Shown here piece after piece: positions 50,727 to 58,149 of a stretch of 64,000 nucleotides of DNA. The translations under genes and the position numbers were made by a program. Every line of letters starts with the position of its first letter. Position 1 is the stretch's first letter. A model generated the notes under the pieces. That model was not told where the DNA came from, did not search any database, and saw nothing but the letters and a program-made list of their open reading frames with translations. Origin of the DNA: Nitrospirota bacterium. GTDB lineage: Bacteria > Nitrospirota > UBA9217. The stretch lies in assembly GCA_963751455.1 (NCBI GenBank), contig CAVVUN010000001.1:128001-192000 (forward strand). Direction: 5' to 3'.

Positions 50727-52076
50727 TCACTTTTTAACAAGCGCCCGCGCGGACAGAATGATCTTTTGCGCGGTTTTCTCTCCTATGCCGGGAACCGCGA
50801 GGATTTCCTCATCGGACATCGCCGCGATCTTCTCGATTGTGTCATACCCCGCCTCCTTAAGCTGTTCGGCGGTCTTGGGGCCGACTCCTTCGATCACGGT
50901 CAGACCGTCTGCCTGTGGCTGCTCCACGTTTGCCGGCGCTGCCTGGGCTTCCATGGTCTCCGCTGCCTCGGTTTCCTCGGCCATCTTGCGTGTTTCCTCA
51001 ACAATGGCCGCTTCAATCTCCTGTTCGCGTTCTTTCTGCCGTTCCTGATCGTATTCCGATTCGCTCAGAATGTCGATCTTCCAACCCGTCAACTTGGCAG
51101 CAAGACGCACGTTCTGTCCTTTCTTGCCGATTGCCAGAGAGAGCTGCGAGTCAGCTACTACGGTCAGCGCTGAGCGATCTTCCTCGGTTACGCCTACCTT
51201 TTCCACCACGGCCGGACTCAAGGCCTTCGCGATGAAGATGCGAGGGTCTTCAGACCATGGGATAATATCTATTTTCTCGCCCCTCAGCTCCCGCACCACT
51301 GATTGGACCCGCGAACCTTTCATTCCGACACACGCGCCGACCGGGTCCACCTGGGAGTCCTTTGACATTACAGCGATCTTGGTGCGGTCCCCCGCCTCAC
51401 GGACAACCCCCTTGACCTCTACGATGTTTTCATATATTTCGGGGACCTCCATCTCGAACAACCGGGATACGAATTCCGGATGGGCGCGGGAAAGAACCAC
51501 CTGCGGACCTTTCGATGTATCGCGCACTTCAAGGACGTAGGCCCGGACGCGGTCACCCCTGCGGTAACTCTCGCGGGGAACCTGCTCCCGCGCGGGCAGC
51601 ACAGCCTCGGTCTTCCCCAAGTCTATATAATAGGCGCCTTTTTCATGCCGCAAAACTATACCGTTCACCAGTTGCCCGATCTTGTCGTTGAATTCCTTGA
51701 AGATGACGTCCCGCTCGGCTTCGCGCACCTTCTGCACGATTACCTGCCGTGCCGTCTGTGCGGCGATCCGGCCGAATCCCTGGAATTCCACCTGGAGCGG
51801 CACTTCCCCGTCCATCTGCGCATCGGGGTACAGTTCAAGCGCCTCTTCGAGGGTTATCTCCTCTTCGGGATTCGTGACGGCGGGAACTACTTTCTTATAC
51901 GCATACATGATTATATCGCCCCGTTTCGGGTCGATCTGCACGGCGATTCTCTGCGCGCCGTACTTTTTCTTGGCCGCGCTCACCAGCGCCGACTCAACGG
52001 CCTCCACCACCATGTCCTTCGAAATCCCTTTTTCCTTGCTGATCTGGTCTATCACATGAATCAATTCCTGACTCAT
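50727..52076 (-). CDS. nusA: Transcription termination/antitermination factor NusA
   Basis: FGRIAAQTARQVI, REAG.RTKIAV, DPVGACVG.KG.RV, LSLAIGKKGQNVRLA; C-terminal HhH repeats. Confidence 0.98.
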   Translation of the reverse strand: MSQELIHVIDQISKEKGISKDMVVEAVESALVSAAKKKYGAQRIAVQIDPKRGDIIMYAYKKVVPAVTNPEEEITLEEALELYPDAQMDGEVPLQVEFQGFGRIAAQTARQVIVQKVREAERDVIFKEFNDKIGQLVNGIVLRHEKGAYYIDLGKTEAVLPAREQVPRESYRRGDRVRAYVLEVRDTSKGPQVVLSRAHPEFVSRLFEMEVPEIYENIVEVKGVVREAGDRTKIAVMSKDSQVDPVGACVGMKGSRVQSVVRELRGEKIDIIPWSEDPRIFIAKALSPAVVEKVGVTEEDRSALTVVADSQLSLAIGKKGQNVRLAAKLTGWKIDILSESEYDQERQKEREQEIEAAIVEETRKMAEETEAAETMEAQAAPANVEQPQADGLTVIEGVGPKTAEQLKEAGYDTIEKIAAMSDEEILAVPGIGEKTAQKIILSARALVKK

Positions 52077-52168
52077 CGTTCTCCTCCTGATATAAATACA
52101 GAAACTGAATAGGGCATAGCGCATGGCGTAAAAGATTTCCGCTGCCCTATGCATTTTGCTCTATGCGG

Positions 52169-52630
52169 TTAAAATTCCACCTCAAGCGCGGCCTTCGCGA
52201 TATTACCCAACGGGATCTCAAGGAGACCACCCCCCTCAGGTTCTATCCTGACGCCGGTTTCAGCCATGCCGAGCAGTTTTCCACTCAGTACTTTCTGCCC
52301 GTCGATCGGCTGATACATCTTGATTTTGACCCTGCTTCCCGCGAAACGGACGAAATGTTCGGGCTTGGTCAGCTTCCTGTCAAGCCCCGGCGAGGAAACT
52401 TCAAGCATGTACGCATGAGGAACGATGTCTTCGACATCGAGCGCTGCGCCAAGGTCTCTGCTTACGGTCTCACAGTCGTTCAGCGTGACCCCGCCCTGTT
52501 CCCGATCGATATATATCCTCAGAAGCCACTTGGGCCCCTGTTTCTGGAATTCCATGTCCCAAAGGGACAGGCCCATGGATGCAAGTATGGGGTCTAAAAT
52601 TTCCTGTATCTCTTTTTCACCCGCAGACAT
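52169..52630 (-). CDS. rimP: Ribosome maturation factor RimP
   Basis: LRIYID, GVTL.DC..VSR, Y.LEVSSPGLDR.L. Confidence 0.96.
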   Translation of the reverse strand: MSAGEKEIQEILDPILASMGLSLWDMEFQKQGPKWLLRIYIDREQGGVTLNDCETVSRDLGAALDVEDIVPHAYMLEVSSPGLDRKLTKPEHFVRFAGSRVKIKMYQPIDGQKVLSGKLLGMAETGVRIEPEGGGLLEIPLGNIAKAALEVEF

Positions 52631-52646
52631 ATTGTTTGTCCCAAAT

Positions 52647-52676
52647 AAAAAGAGTGGGCAAAAGATGCCCACTCTT
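52647..52676 (-). promoter_or_regulatory. rimP leader hairpin (GAGTGGG...CCCACTC plus U-tract)
   Basis: AAGAGTGGGCA-AAAGA-TGCCCACTCTT just upstream of rimP; this attenuator-like hairpin is common ahead of rimP-nusA operons. Confidence 0.7.
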
Positions 52677-52874
52677 CAAGGAATTTTCCAGAGTGTTAAG
52701 TACCTTGTAACATAGCGGGACAAATAATGCAAGTGAAAAAAGCCGGTTTCGTGAATAAATTTAAGGCACGCAATCGCGGCATCGAATTGCATTCACAGCT
52801 GAAGGCGGAAGATGACTACGGCAGCAAAGAAGAAACCTATTCCGGGCAGTCGCCGCTGCTGGAGGATTATCAAT

Positions 52875-52903
52875 AAAAAAAGCAGGCCGGTTCCCGACCT
52901 GCT
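52875..52903 (-). terminator. Rho-independent terminator of Gly/Thr-rich gene 1
   Basis: AGCAGG...CCTGCT stem with T7 on the minus strand. Confidence 0.75.
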
Positions 52904-52927
52904 CGTCTTATACCGACCGAAATCCCA

Positions 52928-53560
52928 TTACATTCCTGAACCGCCTGCTCCGCTCGAGCTGCTGCCCCTGCGCCGCCGAGCTGCTCGCATGATTCCGCCG
53001 GTGCCGTTTATTCCGCCTGTTCCTGTTCCATTCGTACCACCGGTCCCGGAGCCGCCCATTCCGGAACTGTCAGTGCCTCCTGTGCCTGAATCGAAGGTTC
53101 CCGTTCCTCCTGTGCCTAAATCAGTACCTGTTCCGCCGGTTCCCATGTCAGACGTTCCACCCATACCGGAACCATTCATGCCGCCGATGCCCGTGTCGCC
53201 CGTGCCTCCGGTACCCGAGCCGTTAATGGTACCAGTGCCGCCCGTGCCTCCGGTACCCGAGCCGTTAATGGTACCAGTGCCGCCCGTTCCCATGCCGTTC
53301 ATGGTACCGGTACCGCCCGTTCCCATGCCGTTCATGGTACCGGTACCGCCCGTTCCCATACCGTTCATGGTATCCGATCCACCGGTACCCGTTCCGTTGA
53401 TTCCGCCTGTGCCTGATCCGTTGGTTCCGCCTGTACCCATATCGCTTGTTCCTCCGGCACCGGAGCCGCTCGTGCTGCCGCTATAAGCGAATGCTACTGC
53501 AAAGGTAAGAGTGAAAATCGCTGCTGTGATAAGAGAAATCATCTTCCTCATCGCGTTCAC
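52928..53560 (-). CDS. Secreted Gly/Thr/Met-rich low-complexity repeat protein
   Basis: Signal peptide ending AFA-Y; many GMGTGGTGT(M/I)N-type repeats; own promoter and terminator. Confidence 0.75.
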   Translation of the reverse strand: MNAMRKMISLITAAIFTLTFAVAFAYSGSTSGSGAGGTSDMGTGGTNGSGTGGINGTGTGGSDTMNGMGTGGTGTMNGMGTGGTGTMNGMGTGGTGTINGSGTGGTGGTGTINGSGTGGTGDTGIGGMNGSGMGGTSDMGTGGTGTDLGTGGTGTFDSGTGGTDSSGMGGSGTGGTNGTGTGGINGTGGIMRAARRRRGSSSSGAGGSGM

Positions 53561-53593
53561 CTCTCTCTTTCTATAGAATTGACACTTGATCTT

Positions 53594-53621
53594 AACTTAT
53601 CATAGGACCCGACGTTGTCAA
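53594..53621 (-). promoter_or_regulatory. Sigma70-type promoter TTGACA-N16-TAAGTT (extended TG)
   Basis: Matches the architecture seen upstream of the paralog at 54251-54278. Confidence 0.6.
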
Positions 53622-53736
53622 GGCGACAGAAAACTGAGATGATACAGCGGTATTATCAAACAATTCCTTTTTGTAATATGTAACTCAAATTTTTCCTCTC
53701 AAAAAGAACTCGTAATGGCACTTATTTCCAATAGAT

Positions 53737-53768
53737 AAAAAAAGCAGGTCGGGGATAACCGCCTGCTT
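53737..53768 (-). terminator. Rho-independent terminator of Gly/Thr-rich gene 2
   Basis: AAGCAGG...CCTGCTT stem with T-tract; homologous to 52875-52903. Confidence 0.75.
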
Positions 53769-53797
53769 AGACTAAAATTAAAGCAATCCGTCACTCG

Positions 53798-54205
53798 CTA
53801 ATAGCTTTTAGAACCGCTGCCAGAATTTGAACCGCTGGAACCTCCCGCGCCGGAGCCCGAACTATCCATGCTGTTCGATCCGCCCGCCCCCGAGCTGGAA
53901 CTGGAGCCATAGCCTTGCGAATCAGCGCCGCCTGTGCCCATACCATTCGTACCGGTGCCGCCGGTGCCCATGCCATCAGTCCCCGTACCGCCCGTACCCA
54001 TACCATCAGTCCCTGTGCCTCCCGTACCCATACCGTCAGTGCTCGTGCCGCCGGACCCGGTGCCGCTTGTACCGCTCTCACGATCTCCTTTTGAACCCCA
54101 TGCCAGTTGGTCTCCCTTTGAGAGGTCGGCCCCGTCATAGGCAAATGCCAGCCCAAAGGTAAGAACAAAAACAACAGCCATTCCAATCAAAAGCGTCTTC
54201 TTCAT
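53798..54205 (-). CDS. Secreted Gly/Thr/Ser-rich repeat protein (paralog of 52928-53560)
   Basis: Signal peptide ending AFA-Y; about four GMGTGGTGT(D/N)-type decamers; GAGAGG RBS. Confidence 0.75.
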   Translation of the reverse strand: MKKTLLIGMAVVFVLTFGLAFAYDGADLSKGDQLAWGSKGDRESGTSGTGSGGTSTDGMGTGGTGTDGMGTGGTGTDGMGTGGTGTNGMGTGGADSQGYGSSSSSGAGGSNSMDSSGSGAGGSSGSNSGSGSKSY

Positions 54206-54250
54206 AATTGTCCACCTCTCCTTTATATTTTAAGATAGCTGCTTTTTATA

Positions 54251-54278
54251 AAGTTACCATAGCGAAAGTCGTTGTCAA
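54251..54278 (-). promoter_or_regulatory. Sigma70-type promoter TTGACA-N16-TAACTT (extended TG)
   Basis: Same layout as 53594-53621. Confidence 0.6.
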
Positions 54279-54512
54279 GAGAGCTTCATAACTCATATAG
54301 AACGACGGTATTAGCAGAAAAACTATGATTTTAGTTTTCTAATACACAAAGAAAAGGCTAGACACTGGCAGTGTTTAAAATAGCCGAACACACAGTACGT
54401 ATTCAAATAACTATGGTTGTTCCTGCCGAACGCTGAGAAGGCCTCTTCTTCGGTTAAGGACAGCATTCGGAGACTTCTTGTCTGATACAATCAGAACAGA
54501 GGTTCATCTATC

Positions 54513-55349
54513 GTGCCTAATGATACAAATAATATAAATGCTCTCGTCCTGGCAGGAGGAATAAACCGGATTGTGTTGTATGACGGTTATATACCGGGGT
54601 ACAAGGGTCTGCTGCCCGTTGGCGGGAAGCCTTTAATACGCTATACGCTCGAGGCATTGAGAGGCACTCCGGAGGTGAAGCGCATTTGCATTGTAGGTCC
54701 GATTGATCAAATCAGGATTAGCATCACGGACTCAGGCGGGTATGAATTCCTGGACGGAAGCGAAACCTTGATCCAAAATATCCAAAAAGGCCTTCATCAT
54801 TTCTCAGTATCCACGCCCGTGCTTATCATACCGTCAGATCTTCCACTCGCAACTCCGCAGGCAATACGAGACTTCCTGGCAAAATGCGGAATAATTGAAA
54901 CTGAATACCGTTCTAATATTCTCTGGTCCATGGTGCCAGAGAAGGACTTTACCGGTCAGTATGCCATGGTTAAAAAAGGATTCAATCGGTTCAGGGACAT
55001 TTCGGTATGCCACGGCAATCTTCTTCTCGCAACGCCCTCGCTCATTGAAAACCGGAACTTCATATCCCGGATGGAAAACATATACAATGCGCGCAAGAGT
55101 TCTATCAGGGCCGCCCTTGCGGTGGGACCGTTTGTCGGTCTGAGTTACCTCATCGGGGTTCACCTGCTGAAGTTGATGACGATTTCCCGTTTTGCCAAAA
55201 TCGCATCTGCGGGGTTCGGTATAGGACTGGTGCCGGTTATTACCGATTATCCGGACATCGCCGTGGACATCGATGAAGCCCGGGATTATCAATTCATAAT
55301 TGAAGAATTGGAGCGCAGAGGGAAAATATTTCTAAAGACAATACCTTAA
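54513..55349 (+). CDS. MobA-like NTP transferase domain protein
   Basis: ALVLAGG...KGLLPVGGKPLI.Y.LEAL, PSDLPL, IAVDIDE..DY. Confidence 0.8.
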   Translation: MPNDTNNINALVLAGGINRIVLYDGYIPGYKGLLPVGGKPLIRYTLEALRGTPEVKRICIVGPIDQIRISITDSGGYEFLDGSETLIQNIQKGLHHFSVSTPVLIIPSDLPLATPQAIRDFLAKCGIIETEYRSNILWSMVPEKDFTGQYAMVKKGFNRFRDISVCHGNLLLATPSLIENRNFISRMENIYNARKSSIRAALAVGPFVGLSYLIGVHLLKLMTISRFAKIASAGFGIGLVPVITDYPDIAVDIDEARDYQFIIEELERRGKIFLKTIP

Positions 55350-55351
55350 TA

Positions 55352-55750
55352 AGAGACTGGAGGAGGGTTGAAGATACGATAGGCTTCGCAAAACTGATGG
55401 GCTATAGGAAAATCGGGATTGCAACCTGTATCGGACTCCTTGAAGAGACCAACCGTCTTGCCTCTGTTCTGAAAGCGCAGGGCTTCGTTCCAGTGAGCGT
55501 CTGCTGTAAGACAGGAAGCATTGACAAACTTGAGATGGGGTTATGCGATTCTTGCGATCTGAGCATCCTCGCTGTCACCGTGATAAAAATCAAAGCACTC
55601 TCTGATCTGTGCGTGTTCGTGTGTAGGGCAATACCCGAACTTTACCGGCCTCTTCGCCGGATCAGCGCTCCAGCAGTTCGTAGCGCCTGTCTTCCTTCAC
55701 GCCTCGCTGCAGACTGCCCACGAAAATTCATCAGTATTAGTCTTAGTCAT
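55352..55750. pseudogene. DUF1847-family pseudogene split across both strands
   Basis: Plus strand ~55352-55543: WRRVEDTIGFAKLMGYRKIGIATCIGL...VSVCCKTGSIDK. Minus strand 55750-55541: Cys-rich N-terminus with GGAGG RBS and an internal TGA. Confidence 0.65.
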
Positions 55751-55833
55751 TTGTCCCTCCCTGCTTTATCAGTAGTTGACTAAGACCTATACGATAGACC
55801 TCTACGCTGTTCTGTCAACAGGATAGTCCGGTC

Positions 55834-56297
55834 CTAGAGTGCGCCCTTCAGTGACCCTCTCGAGCGTTTTGTAACGCCCTTTACCAAATAGATCAACGGC
55901 GCAAATGGCGACATAATAAGTCCCCACCAGAAGAAGGTTTTCTTCAACATTCGCTTCTTGTATTTATCGGCGAAGTTTTGTTCCGTCTTCTTTTTCACAC
56001 AGTGAGTAAAATATTGGCAATGGTGTCCTATCTCATGGTAAAGGACAGCAGCAAGCATGAACTTGGCAACAAAAGGTAAGAAAAATACAAACCGAGGCAC
56101 GCCGCTGTAAATCGTACCTACAGCAAGTTCAATTCTAGCCGGTTCACGCCCCTTCCGTGGCCAATAGAGCCCGCCCGCTTTTTGATTCTTCTTGTATGTC
56201 AGATGATCAACAAGAGTGATCGAATCTAATCCAACCAGATGCTCTTGAGGAACTTTAATCAATAGTTTCGAAATTAGCTTTTCAAAGGGAAACCATA
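55834..56297 (-). pseudogene. Zincin-like (HExxH) protein whose 5' end is separated by the RAYT element
   Basis: AVLYHEIGHH motif; the first 14 codons in the ORF track come from the element; a candidate native start MIRTLL lies at 58142-58125. Confidence 0.55.
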
Positions 56298-56300
56298 GGG

Positions 56301-57170
56301 TCAAGTCTTTCTCCGTGTATTTTCGCTTTCTCGGAGCCAACGGCTAATTGTGGAATAGTGTACCCCCACTTGGCGTGCAATCTCGCTCTGGCGGTAGCCA
56401 TGCTTTTCAACAGCTTCGCTCAATCTTTTGTACATCTTCTTCTGATCTCGCTCAATCCCCTCGGGGAACAGGACATGCAATTGCGGTCTCGTTGCGTACC
56501 GCTGGCTCCGGGGAATTTCTGGGATATCCTTGTGTTTTTTAAGGCGATCGGTAAGTTTCTCGACAAAGCTGTCCTCGCCCAACAGAGCCTGGCCCCGTAC
56601 CTCGGTCCAAATACTCTTTTGCCCGATGCCCCAGGAAACGAACTGGCGATACTCCTGCTCCGCTTTTGAACGTTTTCGGCTGAATTGTCCAAGCACCCAG
56701 TCAGTCGTCAGACTCGGATGCGGCTCGGTTTTTCCGGCCGTAGCCAGATAACTGGACCATTTCCATTCATCTGGTTTTTCCATCAACGTGGCGCGAACAG
56801 GGTTCAAAACGACGTACCGGCAGACTTCCAGGAGATGACTGTCTTTCTGGATCAGAATGGCTTTATACCTGCCCTGGAAGAGGTGGCCAATCTTCCCGTT
56901 CCTTCTGTTAAAGAGCTGAGTATACACACCGTTCAACTGTCGCATCCCGAGGGACAAGTTGCCCTCCGGCGTCTCGATCAGGAGGTGATAATGGTTCGTC
57001 ATCAGGCAATATGCATGGCATATCCAGTTGTATCGCTTATTTACGTGTTGCAGGGTGTTCAGGAAGTTCTCGCGGTCCTGGTCGTCCTTAAAGATGGGCT
57101 TTTTCCGATTGCCGCGCGAGGTGACGTGATAGACCGCTCCAGGATATTCTATTCTTAGGGGTCGTGCCAT
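56301..57170 (-). CDS. REP-associated tyrosine transposase (Y1_Tnp plus C-terminal HTH), copy 2
   Basis: MARPLR..YPGAVYHVTSRGN, YCLMTNHYHLL (HUH), GHLFQGRYKA, RYVVLNPVRA, WSSY; C-terminal HTH. Confidence 0.9.
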   Translation of the reverse strand: MARPLRIEYPGAVYHVTSRGNRKKPIFKDDQDRENFLNTLQHVNKRYNWICHAYCLMTNHYHLLIETPEGNLSLGMRQLNGVYTQLFNRRNGKIGHLFQGRYKAILIQKDSHLLEVCRYVVLNPVRATLMEKPDEWKWSSYLATAGKTEPHPSLTTDWVLGQFSRKRSKAEQEYRQFVSWGIGQKSIWTEVRGQALLGEDSFVEKLTDRLKKHKDIPEIPRSQRYATRPQLHVLFPEGIERDQKKMYKRLSEAVEKHGYRQSEIARQVGVHYSTISRWLRESENTRRKT

Positions 57171-57202
57171 GCAGTTACCATAGCATAAGGGAAACCATAG
57201 GG

Positions 57203-58072
57203 TCAAGTCTTTCTCCGTGTATTTTCGCTTTCTCGGAGCCAACGGCTAATTGTGGAATAGTGTACCCCCACTTGGCGTGCAATCTCGCTCTGGCGGTAGC
57301 CATGCTTTTCAACAGCTTCGCTCAATCTTTTGTACATCTTCTTCTGATCTCGCTCAATCCCCTCGGGGAACAGGACATGCAATTGCGGTCTCGTTGCGTA
57401 CCGCTGGCTCCGGGGAATTTCTGGGATATCCTTGTGTTTTTTAAGGCGATCGGTAAGTTTCTCGACAAAGCTGTCCTCGCCCAACAGAGCCTGGCCCCGT
57501 ACCTCGGTCCAAATACTCTTTTGCCCGATGCCCCAGGAAACGAACTGGCGATACTCCTGCTCCGCTTTTGAACGTTTTCGGCTGAATTGTCCAAGCACCC
57601 AGTCAGTCGTCAGACTCGGATGCGGCTCGGTTTTTCCGGCCGTAGCCAGATAACTGGACCATTTCCATTCATCTGGTTTTTCCATCAACGTGGCGCGAAC
57701 AGGGTTCAAAACGACGTACCGGCAGACTTCCAGGAGATGACTGTCTTTCTGGATCAGAATGGCTTTATACCTGCCCTGGAAGAGGTGGCCAATCTTCCCG
57801 TTCCTTCTGTTAAAGAGCTGAGTATACACACCGTTCAACTGTCGCATCCCGAGGGACAAGTTGCCCTCCGGCGTCTCGATCAGGAGGTGATAATGGTTCG
57901 TCATCAGGCAATATGCATGGCATATCCAGTTGTATCGCTTATTTACGTGTTGCAGGGTGTTCAGGAAGTTCTCGCGGTCCTGGTCGTCCTTAAAGATGGG
58001 CTTTTTCCGATTGCCGCGCGAGGTGACGTGATAGACCGCTCCAGGATATTCTATTCTTAGGGGTCGTGCCAT
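57203..58072 (-). CDS. REP-associated tyrosine transposase (Y1_Tnp plus C-terminal HTH), copy 1
   Basis: Identical 289-aa translation to copy 2. Confidence 0.9.
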   Translation of the reverse strand: MARPLRIEYPGAVYHVTSRGNRKKPIFKDDQDRENFLNTLQHVNKRYNWICHAYCLMTNHYHLLIETPEGNLSLGMRQLNGVYTQLFNRRNGKIGHLFQGRYKAILIQKDSHLLEVCRYVVLNPVRATLMEKPDEWKWSSYLATAGKTEPHPSLTTDWVLGQFSRKRSKAEQEYRQFVSWGIGQKSIWTEVRGQALLGEDSFVEKLTDRLKKHKDIPEIPRSQRYATRPQLHVLFPEGIERDQKKMYKRLSEAVEKHGYRQSEIARQVGVHYSTISRWLRESENTRRKT

Positions 58073-58149
58073 GCAGTTACCATAGCATAATAAAATGTGA
58101 ATTGCAATAAGAAAGACTTGACCCTAAAAGGGTTCTGATCATATATAAA

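Larger units (their letters stand above)
56285..58090. repeat. 902-bp direct tandem duplication
   Basis: 56285-57188 and 57187-58090; ORF-track translations in the two copies are identical over the shared span and offset by exactly 902 bp. Confidence 0.92.
56298..58124 (-). mobile_element. RAYT/Y1-HUH transposase element with perfect inverted termini and an internal tandem duplication
   Basis: GGGTCAAGTCTTTCT (56298-56312) and AGAAAGACTTGACCC (58110-58124), each flanked by TA. Confidence 0.65.

Noticed and set aside
52960-52995. Basic RAARRRR segment near the C-terminus of the Gly-rich protein as a functional motif
   Set aside because: Alternative frames read as Ser/Gly/Ala like the paralog tail, so compensating indel errors are likely.
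52812-53486. Pro/Val-rich plus-strand ORF (PVPPVP repeats)
   Set aside because: Mirror of the Gly/Thr-rich gene; the minus strand has the signal peptide, RBS, promoter and terminator.
54424-54472. Hairpin CCGAACGCTG...CAGCATTCGG as an integron attC site
   Set aside because: No properly placed GTTRRRY end, too short, no cassette array and no integrase in the window.
55397-55783. 128-aa ORF as an intact gene
   Set aside because: Only the first ~49 aa are DUF1847-like; the rest is antisense read-through of the inverted N-terminal fragment.
57171-57242. MAPRKRKYTEKDLTLWFP N-terminal extension on RAYT copy 2 (and on the zincin ORF)
   Set aside because: It is an alternate-frame reading of the RAYT 3' end and inverted repeat created by the junctions, not a shared leader peptide.
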